21,257 nucleotides of DNA, taken from Thermoproteota archaeon. GTDB lineage: Archaea > Thermoproteota > Thermoprotei > Thermofilales > B9-G17. Made by a program: the position numbers and the translations under genes. The notes beneath the pieces were generated by a model, which worked only from the letters and a program-made list of their open reading frames with translations, searched no databases and was not told the origin of the DNA. The stretch lies in NCBI GenBank assembly GCA_029258885.1, contig JAPDJW010000023.1, positions 1 through 21,257 on the forward strand, read 5' to 3'. Numbering within the stretch: the first letter of the stretch is position 1; the number at the start of each line of letters is the position of its first letter. Below, in pieces: positions 8,676-18,022 of this stretch.

Positions 8676-10923
8676 GAGATATTAAGCTCAACATTTTGCC
8701 TTTATATAATACTTTATAATTATTAATGTTATTATCTTTCGAAGATACAATAAAAATATTACATATGTTGTTGCTATCTAATGAAAAATACATATTAGAT
8801 ATTTGAGCAATTCTGTATGTATAATATCTTAATATTGCAGGCCTATGGGGGCAGCATATTGTCATATTTGCCTCAAAATTTTTAACCAGAATATTCGAAA
8901 TATGGGATGCATCCAAGACATAAGGATCTATGTCTGTTGAAGTTATTGTTGCTGCATAAATTCCACCTGTTAAAATACCAGTTACTGTAAATAACATAAC
9001 TAATATCCTCTCTAATCTATGTTTAGTTAGAGAAAGAATTAAGGGTATTGAAAATGGAATGAAAACTTCAGGTATTAGTATTGTAGAGAAAAGTTTTCCT
9101 GAGAAATTGTACAATAAATGAAAAATAATTATGAATAAGATATAAGATCTAGTAAAAGACTTATTGTTTTTATACATAATCGGCAATAAATAATAAAATA
9201 CTCCAAAAATGTGGAATCTATAAAGTATATATGCTAATGAATTGATAAATATATTTTTATAGATAGCTTGTGAAGTTATATTAAATAATTCAAATATTAT
9301 TGCTAAATAAGAAAAGAACATAGAAAAAATAAACGTGTAAAAAATTATGTTTAGTTTTCTCCAATTATAAAAGTATATATTTATTTTCTTTTTTTGACTA
9401 ACTTTTTTATTAATTATTATATGATATAAAAATATTATGCTTAATATAACTAAAAAAATAGTTGAAAAGTCTACAATATATGGTATTTTTTCGTGACTAG
9501 AAATAATAATTTTTTTCCCAAAAATTTTTGTAGAATTTATAATGACATTAACAATATGTAATAAATTCATTACAAAAAATCTATTTAAAATTATGATTTC
9601 ATATAATAAAATAAGAATATAATCATAAATATTAAATACATTGATACCTATTAATAATATTGAAAATAAAATATAGTAAAATAAATCTTTCGAATAAATA
9701 AAGGTTAAGCTTAATAATAAGCTTGACAAAAACAAGTTTTTATTTTTTTCACCGAAATAAGATTTAGTTAAAAAATACATGCTAGCCACTAAAAATGATC
9801 GTGAAAATACTTTATATGAGTTATACCATAGTTGAATTATCGCAGAATTAAAGTAAAGTGAAAATGTTCTAGGTGATAATAATAGGCTTATTTGAGTACC
9901 ATTGGTTATATCATTGACAATGAATGGTAAGCCTAATATTCCTAGGCCATCCATAAAAATACTTACACATACAAAAAATATTGATTTCGATTTCTTGTTA
10001 GAAGGTAAAAAGAGATAAAATAATTTATATAATGAGATAGATAAAAGAAAATAGCCCGGAATGAATGCTAATGATGATGCCAAAAATGCATTTTCTAATT
10101 TCGTTGACATTATAAAGGAGATGATCTGAAATGCTCCCAATAATCCATAAAAGCTGTATTTTTCATAAAAAGATTTTAAGTTATTTCTATAAAGTATGCT
10201 GTTTAAACTTCCGGGCATTATTGCTTGATCTCCGAGTAAAGAAAAGATTGAGGTAAATAGGTACATTACAAGTGTAGCAGTAGAAATAATAATCAATTTT
10301 TCTTCTTCCTTATTAATTAATACTGTAAGTTTATTATTTTTAAATAATAATATGATTATAGAAAGCAAACTGTATAATATGATCAATGATGCTTTCATGC
10401 CAACAATACCTGCAAACCAATAAGCATATGTTAGTATGCTATTCTTAATAGCTATAAATATCATCGAAAATATCATAATATCACTAATATGTGTTTTAAA
10501 TTTATTAAAGATTATTGCTAATATGTGACCATTTGCAAATGAGATGGCAAGATATAAAAATAAATATGGAAGTAGTGAGGAAGTTAGAAGAATAATATTA
10601 TCATTATTAATACTAAGATAAGTATTTTGAGGAGAGAAACTAAAAATATTGAAAATAGCAATAATATTTATAATCAAATAGAAAATTTTCGATATATTAT
10701 AGGCCTTTATTTTGCTATAAGATTTATTTTCTTCTAAGAAAGATAAAAACATATTTACCAAGATAATATATAGGCAGCTTAAAAAAATGATTTTATAAAT
10801 AGTGAATTTTTCTAAATTGATAATGAAGGAGTATAATAGAATAATTATAATTGATATAAATAAAATTGAATGTTTAATACTTATATGTAAATAAAATTTA
10901 TGTGATGATTTAAATAAGCACAT
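8653..10923 (-). CDS. Large multi-pass integral membrane protein (possible GT-C-fold transferase/polymerase)
   Basis: It is 756 aa with many hydrophobic helical stretches, a GDQ motif at the start of a loop after a TM segment, and a short soluble C-terminal tail. It is embedded among GTs. The function is inferred from context only. Confidence 0.65.
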   Translation of the reverse strand: MCLFKSSHKFYLHISIKHSILFISIIIILLYSFIINLEKFTIYKIIFLSCLYIILVNMFLSFLEENKSYSKIKAYNISKIFYLIINIIAIFNIFSFSPQNTYLSINNDNIILLTSSLLPYLFLYLAISFANGHILAIIFNKFKTHISDIMIFSMIFIAIKNSILTYAYWFAGIVGMKASLIILYSLLSIIILLFKNNKLTVLINKEEEKLIIISTATLVMYLFTSIFSLLGDQAIMPGSLNSILYRNNLKSFYEKYSFYGLLGAFQIISFIMSTKLENAFLASSLAFIPGYFLLSISLYKLFYLFLPSNKKSKSIFFVCVSIFMDGLGILGLPFIVNDITNGTQISLLLSPRTFSLYFNSAIIQLWYNSYKVFSRSFLVASMYFLTKSYFGEKNKNLFLSSLLLSLTFIYSKDLFYYILFSILLIGINVFNIYDYILILLYEIIILNRFFVMNLLHIVNVIINSTKIFGKKIIISSHEKIPYIVDFSTIFLVILSIIFLYHIIINKKVSQKKKINIYFYNWRKLNIIFYTFIFSMFFSYLAIIFELFNITSQAIYKNIFINSLAYILYRFHIFGVFYYLLPIMYKNNKSFTRSYILFIIIFHLLYNFSGKLFSTILIPEVFIPFSIPLILSLTKHRLERILVMLFTVTGILTGGIYAATITSTDIDPYVLDASHISNILVKNFEANMTICCPHRPAILRYYTYRIAQISNMYFSLDSNNICNIFIVSSKDNNINNYKVLYKGKMLSLISRDTNHDH

Positions 10924-10924
10924 A

Positions 10925-12184
10925 TTATGTAGACAATAATTCTTTATATATTTTAATTAGATTATCTACTTGAGCATCCCATGTATACTTTTCATAAACA
11001 GAAATACGGTATTTAGGATCAATAACTTTTTTAACAAATATATCTCTATTATTGAAAAATTTCATAATAGTATTTGCAAACAATGAAGGATTTCTAGGAA
11101 TAATATATCCTATTCCAAGGCTTTTGAGTACACTTGTCCATTCTCCTTTTGTTGATAATACTGGGATTCCTAAAGATAAATATTCGTAAAATTTTAACGG
11201 TTGAGCATAGATTTTGGGAGTAGTTACGAGACCAGCATGCATATTAATAAGTTTGAATAGGGCTTTTCTTCTGGGGATGTATCCCAAGAAAATAACTTTA
11301 TCCTCTATATTTTCCTTAATTACTATTCTTTTTAATGATTTTTCTTGAGTTCCACTGCCGATTATAAATATTTTTATAGGAAGATCTCGTAGATATGAGA
11401 CAGATTTTATAACTAAATCTAAACCTTCCCATGTTTCTAAGGCACCAATATAAGCTACATTTATTTCTCTTGGTTTTTCATATATTTCATTTATATTTTT
11501 TAGTCTTAAGTTATATAAAGATATATTATCTTTGAATGCTGCATTACTAATTATATGAATCCTTTTTTTGTCGGATTCTTTTTTTATATCCATTATCTTG
11601 ATTAATAATTTTTTCATGCCTTCACTAACTACAAAGGTTGCGCTACTATTCTTAATAATTTCTATAGTAATTTCTCGAGAAAATCTCCAAATTTTAGTAT
11701 AAGATCTACATATTCCTAAAATTTCTAATTCTAACGGTCTTATATCATGTAAGTCAACAACTATCGGAATATTTAATTTATTTTTCATATTAATTAATGC
11801 TAGAGCAGGAAATTCCGTTTCACATTGTACAATATCTAATTCTTCCTTATAATTGCTAAGAGTTTTATATAAACCTTTAGAAATATTTTTAATTAATAAA
11901 TTAAAAATAAACGAATTATAAAATAAATTAGCCGTCATTCTTTTATATGCAAATGTTTTATATAATTTCATAATTTGACTTGAGATTTTTCCACTAGAAG
12001 TAATAGGTATTCTATGATATATAATATTTTGTTGTTCCATTGTTTCCTGGCTATGATGGAACGGTGTGAAAACGTGGACTTTGATACCTTTTGAAGCTAG
12101 AGCCTTTATGATACCTAATGGCCTAAGGCTATAACCTAGACTTTCAGATAATTTAGTTAGAACAATAAATCCTACTTTTAGCAT
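10925..12184 (-). CDS. GT4 family glycosyltransferase
   Basis: It has a GT-B C-terminal domain with AYIGAL..WEGLD, IIGSG, FLGYIP and PLKFYEYLSLGIPVLST, and ends YTWDAQV. Confidence 0.85.
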   Translation of the reverse strand: MLKVGFIVLTKLSESLGYSLRPLGIIKALASKGIKVHVFTPFHHSQETMEQQNIIYHRIPITSSGKISSQIMKLYKTFAYKRMTANLFYNSFIFNLLIKNISKGLYKTLSNYKEELDIVQCETEFPALALINMKNKLNIPIVVDLHDIRPLELEILGICRSYTKIWRFSREITIEIIKNSSATFVVSEGMKKLLIKIMDIKKESDKKRIHIISNAAFKDNISLYNLRLKNINEIYEKPREINVAYIGALETWEGLDLVIKSVSYLRDLPIKIFIIGSGTQEKSLKRIVIKENIEDKVIFLGYIPRRKALFKLINMHAGLVTTPKIYAQPLKFYEYLSLGIPVLSTKGEWTSVLKSLGIGYIIPRNPSLFANTIMKFFNNRDIFVKKVIDPKYRISVYEKYTWDAQVDNLIKIYKELLST

Positions 12185-13353
12185 GTTCCAATAATTATAT
12201 TATGTATTTTTTCAAAAAAGTTACTGTATTTTTTCAAAAATGTAATATAAGCTCTTTCACCTAATCTCATCCTTAAATCATCATTTGTTAGTAATAAAAA
12301 TATTTTTTCGGCTAATTTTTCTGAATCTTTAGTAGGTACAATTAACCCATTATAGTTATCTTTTATTATTTCTTTAAAGCTATCGATATTTGTAACTATC
12401 ACTGGCAATTTACAGGCCATTGCTTCTAGCAAAGCTAATGGGGTACCCTCACTTAAGGAGGGTAAAATAAACAAGGATGAGTCGTTATATAGGGATGGTA
12501 ATTTTTCATAATCTATCCAACCCAAAATATTCACAACATTAGATAAATTCAGTTTTATGATTAATTTTTGTAAAAAGGTCCTTAATGGTCCATCACCTGC
12601 TATTGTTAATATTACCTTCTTTTTGAGCTGTCTTAGATTATACTCATCATACAGGATCTTGATAGATTTTATCAAATAATTTAAACCTTTTTCATCTACA
12701 AGCCTAGCAACTGTAATTATCCTAAAAATATTATCAGATTTTCTATTTGTCTTCCTTACTGGTTTAAATAGGTTTGTATCAACAAAGACATATACTATAC
12801 GTACTAGCTTAGCACCATAACTTTTCGCCTTTAAGGCAAATTTCTTATTTACTGTTAAAATGACATTTGCTCTAGATAAGTTATATTTTATTATATTTTC
12901 TAGTATATTACTCATAACTTTATATACTAATTGGTTTTTTAACCTTATATTTATAATTTCTATAGGATCTCCCGCATAATATATTAAAAATTTACATTTT
13001 TTAAAAACTTTAATAAATGAACCTACAAATGCTGACGCTACAATGTCTGTTGAGAAAATTACTTGAATATTATAAATAAGACAGATAATTATTGAGAAAA
13101 TAAAATAAATGGGAAGTACTAAAATATATCCTATCATATCTATTAGAAAATATGAACTTAATAATCTAGGAATAGTTATCAGTAATATCTTATTATATTT
13201 TCTAATAATTATATTATGAGAAAAATTAAAATCATGAAATGCTAATATAATAACATCACCTATCTTCTCAGAAAATTTTAAGAACCATCGAAAGGCATTA
13301 GTTTTCTCAAAAGTTGTAACAAATGTATAAAATCCTAGATGAAGTGTTTTCAT
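12178..13353 (-). CDS. GT4 family glycosyltransferase
   Basis: Motifs are VARLVDEKGL, IAGDGPLR and LPSLSEGTPLALLEAMACKLPVIVT (E-x7-E), plus NGL.VP..D. Confidence 0.92.
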   Translation of the reverse strand: MKTLHLGFYTFVTTFEKTNAFRWFLKFSEKIGDVIILAFHDFNFSHNIIIRKYNKILLITIPRLLSSYFLIDMIGYILVLPIYFIFSIIICLIYNIQVIFSTDIVASAFVGSFIKVFKKCKFLIYYAGDPIEIINIRLKNQLVYKVMSNILENIIKYNLSRANVILTVNKKFALKAKSYGAKLVRIVYVFVDTNLFKPVRKTNRKSDNIFRIITVARLVDEKGLNYLIKSIKILYDEYNLRQLKKKVILTIAGDGPLRTFLQKLIIKLNLSNVVNILGWIDYEKLPSLYNDSSLFILPSLSEGTPLALLEAMACKLPVIVTNIDSFKEIIKDNYNGLIVPTKDSEKLAEKIFLLLTNDDLRMRLGERAYITFLKKYSNFFEKIHNIIIGTC

Positions 13354-13380
13354 AGAGTGTGGATCCTTAGAAAATTATGA

Positions 13381-13387
13381 TTATAAG
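13381..13387 (-). promoter_or_regulatory. Putative TATA box at the head of the AT-rich GT cassette
   Basis: Minus-strand CTTATAA lies 28-34 nt upstream of ATG 13353. Confidence 0.35.
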
Positions 13388-13395
13388 AGATATTT

Positions 13396-14307
13396 CTATA
13401 TTTCTCTTTTCCATTTCTTAAGGTGTATAATTATAGTATGTAATATTAAGGCTGTGGATGAAAGGAGAAGGCCTATTAGTATAGTCCCTAATGTTATGAT
13501 CGCTACGGGTATGCTGAAATACCTAGTAATATTAAATAACAATAATAAATATACTCCAGAGATTAAACCTATGAGTAGTGAGATCATTCCTGGTAGTCCC
13601 AAGTATATTAGGGGTCTTCGTTGCGCGATTTCTCTTATTAGTAGGCTTATTAATTCTAGTCCATGTCTGAATGGGTTTTTTGAGGATGTTTTTTCTAGGT
13701 CGTATCTGATAACTATGGGTACTTCCATGATTGTTAGGTTTTCTTGGCTTACCTTATCTAGGATCTGTAGGCTTAACCCCATTCCCTTTTCATCTAGTTG
13801 GGGAATTATTTTTTGGAGGGTATGGTAGGTGTATGCTCTGAATCCGCTTTGTGCGTCGGTTATTTTTAATTTTGTAGCTAGCTTTGTTATTGTTGTTATT
13901 GTTTTTACTCCGATCTCCCGATATTTCGGTATATCTGTTCTTCCTAGAAATCGAGAGCCTATTACCATATCCGCCTTTTCGTCTAGTAAAGGCTTTACAA
14001 GTAAGGGTATTTGTGATGGTAAGTGTTGTCCATCAGCATCCATCGTAACTGCTATATCCGCGCCCGTTTTTAATGCGTATTTGAATCCTGTTATTAGTGC
14101 TGCGCCGTAGCCCATGTTTTCTGGATGTTTTATTACTGTTGCTCCCATTCTTTGGGCTATTTCTGCTGTGTGGTCTTTTGATCCATCGTCTACTACTAGT
14201 ATTTCGTCGACGTATTTTTCCGCCTCCAATATCAAAGGTGCTATTGTTTTTTCTTCATTGTATGCTGGCATTATTAATAGTATCTTCTTTTTATTTTCTC
14301 TTTGCAT
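13396..14307 (-). CDS. GT2 polyprenol/dolichol-phosphate glycosyltransferase (DPM1-like) with two C-terminal TM helices
   Basis: Motifs are MPAYNEE, VVDDGSKD, NMGYG.A...G, MDADGQH, GSRF, DAQSGFRAY and EVPI. Two hydrophobic helices lie at the C-terminus. Confidence 0.9.
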   Translation of the reverse strand: MQRENKKKILLIMPAYNEEKTIAPLILEAEKYVDEILVVDDGSKDHTAEIAQRMGATVIKHPENMGYGAALITGFKYALKTGADIAVTMDADGQHLPSQIPLLVKPLLDEKADMVIGSRFLGRTDIPKYREIGVKTITTITKLATKLKITDAQSGFRAYTYHTLQKIIPQLDEKGMGLSLQILDKVSQENLTIMEVPIVIRYDLEKTSSKNPFRHGLELISLLIREIAQRRPLIYLGLPGMISLLIGLISGVYLLLLFNITRYFSIPVAIITLGTILIGLLLSSTALILHTIIIHLKKWKREI

Positions 14308-14314
14308 TATCCTG

Positions 14315-14677
14315 TTAGATTTGATAGATTGGTGATGTGTTTAGGTATGATACTCCTAAATATATGATGTAGTTTATGTCTTTTAGCCATTTTTTGGCTT
14401 TTGTGTATCCGAGTTTTATGGCTTGTTCTACCCGTTTTTTTGCGATTTCTAGCCCTATCTGATAGGCTTTATATATGTAGGTTATTTTGGGTGAGATTTT
14501 GTCTAGGATTTTGAGTATGAGTTGGATTAGGGTTTGGCTTCTTATGTGTTTGAGGGTTTTTATTGTTAGGTCTATTAGTATTCTTTCTGCTGGGTGGAGC
14601 TTGAACCATTTGCCTGTTCTGATGGCGATGGTTTTGGCGCGTGCAATTAATTGTACATCTATTTTAGGTTTATGCAT
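14315..14677 (-). CDS. Small basic hypothetical protein, probably co-transcribed with the DPM1-like GT
   Basis: It is a 120-aa ORF with an SD (GGTGGAG, 14683-14689), the same A/C-ending codon bias as the next gene and a 7-nt gap to it. It is Lys/Arg-rich and looks helical. Confidence 0.75.
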   Translation of the reverse strand: MHKPKIDVQLIARAKTIAIRTGKWFKLHPAERILIDLTIKTLKHIRSQTLIQLILKILDKISPKITYIYKAYQIGLEIAKKRVEQAIKLGYTKAKKWLKDINYIIYLGVSYLNTSPIYQI

Positions 14678-15086
14678 AAATGCTCCACCCAGCTGTTATC
14701 GATTTATATTGTTTTAGGCTATTTTAATTTTTCGTCTTTTTAAATATTCGAATTTCTCTTTATCCTTAATTGTGGGCTCTTTTTTATAGTTTGATTTTAT
14801 TCAAGAGATTTCTATTACATAGTTTTATCTTGATAATTTTGGGATGTTATAGATTTTCTTGTATATTCTTTTTTCTTAAATATTTTTGGTTAATGAATAA
14901 TAGTTTTGTTTGGGGCTTTATGTTGTGATGTTTGTTCTCTTATTGATGTTGCTTTAATGGGTGATGTTAGTGTTTTGTTTCTTCCTTCTGTTCTAAGTTT
15001 AATTTGAACTTTGATTCCCCCATTTCTAAGAGAGAGTATTATAAGTAGGTTTATGAGGAGGCATGAAGCACATAATGATCTTAGAG

Positions 15087-15109
15087 TATGTGTGCCGACT
15101 GTACACATA
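15087..15109. other. Inverted repeat/hairpin TATGTGTGC-CGACT-GTACACATA
   Basis: It has a 7-bp perfect stem plus G-T and C-G pairs and a 5-nt loop. It lies 43 nt beyond the vapC pseudogene stop and could be a terminator or an orphan operator. Confidence 0.3.
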
Positions 15110-15151
15110 ATAGCTATAGATTTGATTTACATCCATATACTCTAGCAATTA

Positions 15152-15475
15152 TTATTCTTGTAGGATTATTTTGAGGCTTGGGTTGGCTTTTTGGATTATT
15201 AGGTAGTCTTTGTCTCTAGCTAGTAGTGCTTCGTTTCTGTTGATGCAGATTGATGCTATTAATAAGTCTCCTACGCTCATTGGATAGCCTAGTTCTCTGA
15301 GTATTGTTTGAATTATAGTGGCTTGTATTTGATCTTTTTCGTTGATGAAGTATTATTTTATCCTAATTTTTCGTAGTCTTTATTGGTGGATATTCGATTA
15401 AAGTGATTGAGGTTATGTTTTCGTCTATTTCCTCTCTCTTCTTAGCTTTCTCAATAACGATGTATCCAGTATTAA
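15152..15475 (-). pseudogene. vapC: Degraded PIN-domain (VapC-like) toxin
   Basis: Stitched frames give LILDTS / IEKAKKREEIDENITSITLIEYPPI / .DYEK / YFINEKDQIQATIIQTILRELGYPMSVGDLLIASICINRNEALLARDKDYLIIQKANPSLKIILQE*. The PIN acidic motifs (LDTS, E, DLLIAS, RD.DY) are present. There are at least three frameshifts, and the codon overlapping the antitoxin stop is TTA rather than a start. Confidence 0.8.
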
Positions 15476-15762
15476 TGCTCCTCCAGCTCCTTAAGATATT
15501 TAATTCTTCTCCTTTCTTTTTCCTTGATTTTTTCTAGGAGTTTGAGTTCTCTGCTGTAGTCGTAGCTTCTGGTAGGTATTCTCATACCTGTAGCCTCTAG
15601 CAATATACCTAGTTCTTCTCGTGTTAATCCTTCCTCTTCAGCTTTTATGGCTAGTAGTTTCTCTATTATGGCTCTACGGGCAACTTCTGACCAATTTACC
15701 TCCCTATGCTTCTTCATCAACCTATAGAGCTTTTCGGGAATGCTGAGTGTAATATGTGTCAT
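15472..15762 (-). CDS. Ribbon-helix-helix antitoxin (VapB-like)
   Basis: MTHITLSIPEKLYRLMKKHREVNWSEVARRAI is a typical archaeal RHH N-terminus. It lies directly upstream of the PIN pseudogene. Confidence 0.85.
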   Translation of the reverse strand: MTHITLSIPEKLYRLMKKHREVNWSEVARRAIIEKLLAIKAEEEGLTREELGILLEATGMRIPTRSYDYSRELKLLEKIKEKERRRIKYLKELEEH

Positions 15763-15791
15763 ATGTACACTACATGGATATTGTTGATAAA
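15763..15791 (-). promoter_or_regulatory. TATA box plus palindromic operator candidate for the RHH/PIN module
   Basis: Minus-strand TTTATCA is at 15791-15785. The inverted repeat ATGTA-CAC-TACAT (15763-15775) abuts the start codon. Confidence 0.5.
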
Positions 15792-16197
15792 TATTGCGTC
15801 CTTATAGCTACGTTTGGATTCGACTACCCCTTAAATAGGCGGTATTGATGTTTCTCTATAGTATTAGGCTTATTTAATGTTGGGTCGTTAGCTGATTATA
15901 CCTAGTTAAGGCTTCTTTCTCTAGTGTATGGTGATGATACTTGTTAGAGCGGTAGGAATGATATTAAATGATTGGGCGGGAATTACGGCTGGTAAAACGT
16001 CTTTTGGGGAGAGAAATGCTTTTATGGGAAATATGCATTTCGTAAATTGGATGTGGAGGTGAACCCCTAGGGGCCGCAAGTGTTTCAGTGATGTAGTGTT
16101 GGAGGAAATCATGGGTGTTGCGGCCTGATCTAGGGCTGATGTGTTCTCCGAATATCTACTTCTTTTCTCATCTAGAATTAGTGGCGGGAATATTTCC

Positions 16198-17067
16198 TTA
16201 TACTGCTTTTTTGCTGTTTATGTTTAGTAGGTATTTCCAGGCTGGGATTATCCTTATTGTTTTCCCGTTTTTCCGAATGGTGTCTTCCTCGTTCCATGAG
16301 ACTATTGTTCCGTTTTTGGATTTTAGTTCTTCTAGGGCTTTGAGGATTTTTCTGATGTGTTCTTCGTCTAATTCGTAGGCTACTTCTACAGGTGTTGGTT
16401 TTACGTCTCCGATTATGAAGTCTATTTCTTTTCTGGCTTTCGTTGTATAGTAGTGTATTTTGAGGTTTTTTCTGGCTAGGTGTAGGTATACGATGTTTTC
16501 CAGTATTCTACCCGTTTTCTTCGGCGTTTTTAGTGTTAGGTTGTAGTGGAAGCCTACATCTATAACGTAAACTTTTCTCAGCGACCTTTCCACCTCCTTG
16601 ATTTTATACGGGAACTTTTTGATGAAGCTGAATAATCTGGCTGTTTCGAGGTATTGGGAGTATCTCTCTATTAGTGAAACGTGTTGCTTTAGGGTTTTAG
16701 CTATCTTCCTATACTTTACTTTATTGGAGATGTTCTGTAGGTATATGTTTGCGAGCGATAGCAGTATACTGTATTTTTTAATGCCGTATCTCCTGGTTAC
16801 ATCCTTCTCCAGTATATCGTAGAAGTACTGCTGTAGCAGCTTTTTCTTAACTAGGGTATCCTCCTCAAGGACTACTTCAGGGTATCCTCCATATTCAACG
16901 TATTCCCTCATTAGCCCTCTTATTCTTGATTCATTCTTTATGGCATCCACTTTATCCCTTATTTCAAGCCCCTTAAATCTTAGGAATTCCCTAAAGCTTA
17001 ACGGATACACCTCAACGTCTATGTGTCTTCCCGTTAGAACGGTTGCATATTCTCTTGAGAGTAGTTC
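16198..17067 (-). pseudogene. N-terminally truncated AAA_14 + DUF4143-type ATPase
   Basis: In-frame sequence upstream of GTG 17010 reads ELLSREYATVLTGRHIDVEVYPLSFREFL, followed by GGYPE, KKLY.IDVG-like (RKVYVIDVG), GRILENIVYLHL, YY.T....EIDFI and PVEVAY. No Walker A/B is present because homology ends at about 17067-17085. Confidence 0.8.
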
Positions 17068-17091
17068 TTGAGGAGGAACTACTGGGGAAGG

Positions 17092-17121
17092 CTTATTAGT
17101 TTGTATTACACCATGTATTAC
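17092..17121 (+). promoter_or_regulatory. TATA-like box and tandem operator candidates upstream of vapB
   Basis: CTTATTAG (17092-17099) is followed by TGTATTAC twice (17102-17109 and 17114-17121). The first copy is the palindrome TGTA-T-TACA. Confidence 0.45.
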
Positions 17122-17132
17122 GGTGGTTTTAG

Positions 17133-17360
17133 TTGGGTAGTGTGGTTGTCTCCGTTAGGATTCCTCGGGAGCTTAAGGAGAGGCTTGATGAATTAAACGT
17201 TAATGTCAGCGAGGTTGTTAGAGGTTTTCTTGAGAAATACGTTGAGGAGGTTGAGTTGGAGAGGCTTAGGGAGAGGTTGAGGAGGCTTAGGGAAAGGTTG
17301 GCCGGTAGGGTGGACGCTGCTACCATAGCTGCTCTTGTGAGGGAGGATAGGGGTAGATGA
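17133..17360 (+). CDS. vapB: VapB/CcdA-like RHH antitoxin
   Basis: The protein reads VVVSVRIPRELKERLDELNVNVSEVVR..LE and ends in REDR. It overlaps vapC by ATGA. Confidence 0.85.
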   Translation: MGSVVVSVRIPRELKERLDELNVNVSEVVRGFLEKYVEEVELERLRERLRRLRERLAGRVDAATIAALVREDRGR

Positions 17361-17788
17361 AGTTTTTACTGGATGCTTCTGTACTGGTGCCTTTGCTTCT
17401 CGATTACGGTGAGAGGCTGCTCGATGTATCAGCTAAGGTATCGCTATATACCATGGATTTAACAGTTTATGAGGTTGGCAATAGCCTCTGGAGGCTTGCA
17501 AATCTACTGAAAGCTATTGACTTAGAGGATGCTGTGGAGATAATGGAAGTGTTGACCGAGCTTACGAGGAAGAGTTTTCTCGGGATAATTCGCTTTAGTG
17601 AGCTGAATTTATCCAGGATTCTTAAACTAGCTGCTACTGAGGGATTAACTTTCTACGATTCATCGTATATTGTTGCAGCTGAGAAGCTGAATGTAACTCT
17701 TGCAACAGGAGATGAGGAGCTTGGAGGGAAAGCTAGGAAATACGTTAAAACCATAACCTATAGAAAGCTGCGGGAAACATTACCGTAA
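17357..17788 (+). CDS. vapC: PIN-domain toxin VapC
   Basis: Motifs are FLLDASV, YEVGNSLWR, LTFYDSSYI and LATGDEEL. All PIN acidic positions look intact. Confidence 0.9.
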   Translation: MKFLLDASVLVPLLLDYGERLLDVSAKVSLYTMDLTVYEVGNSLWRLANLLKAIDLEDAVEIMEVLTELTRKSFLGIIRFSELNLSRILKLAATEGLTFYDSSYIVAAEKLNVTLATGDEELGGKARKYVKTITYRKLRETLP

Positions 17789-18022
17789 ACCCTTAGAAAC
17801 GCCACCCAATCCACGACCTACTATACCGTTAAATACCCGCATCCCCCATCCTGAATAAAGATCCCCCGTACCCTTCTTCAATGCTCCATACCTAAACATA
17901 CCGAAATCATACGGCATCATTAATAGAAGAATATTATACTCAAATCCTCCACACTACAACTTTAAAGCCTAACAACCATAGGTTTATATACCCTAGTCCG
18001 CCTTCTCTATAGTTGAGAAAAT

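Noticed and set aside
6000-13400. Replication origin at the skew switch
   Set aside because: I saw no ORB/mini-ORB boxes and no cdc6/orc1 or whiP gene, and the interval is fully coding.
14890-15108. 72-aa minus-strand ORF
   Set aside because: It has no motif or SD and is explained by the A/C skew suppressing stop codons.
15921-16112. 63-aa ORF and the 10-bp palindrome CCCCTAGGGG (16064-16073)
   Set aside because: The ORF has no recognisable protein features. The palindrome is a single short one with no transposase or matching IS end.
17791-17932. Short Gly-rich minus-strand ORF (MMPYDFGMFRYG...)
   Set aside because: It is about 46 aa with no homology cue and is probably a by-product of the local skew.
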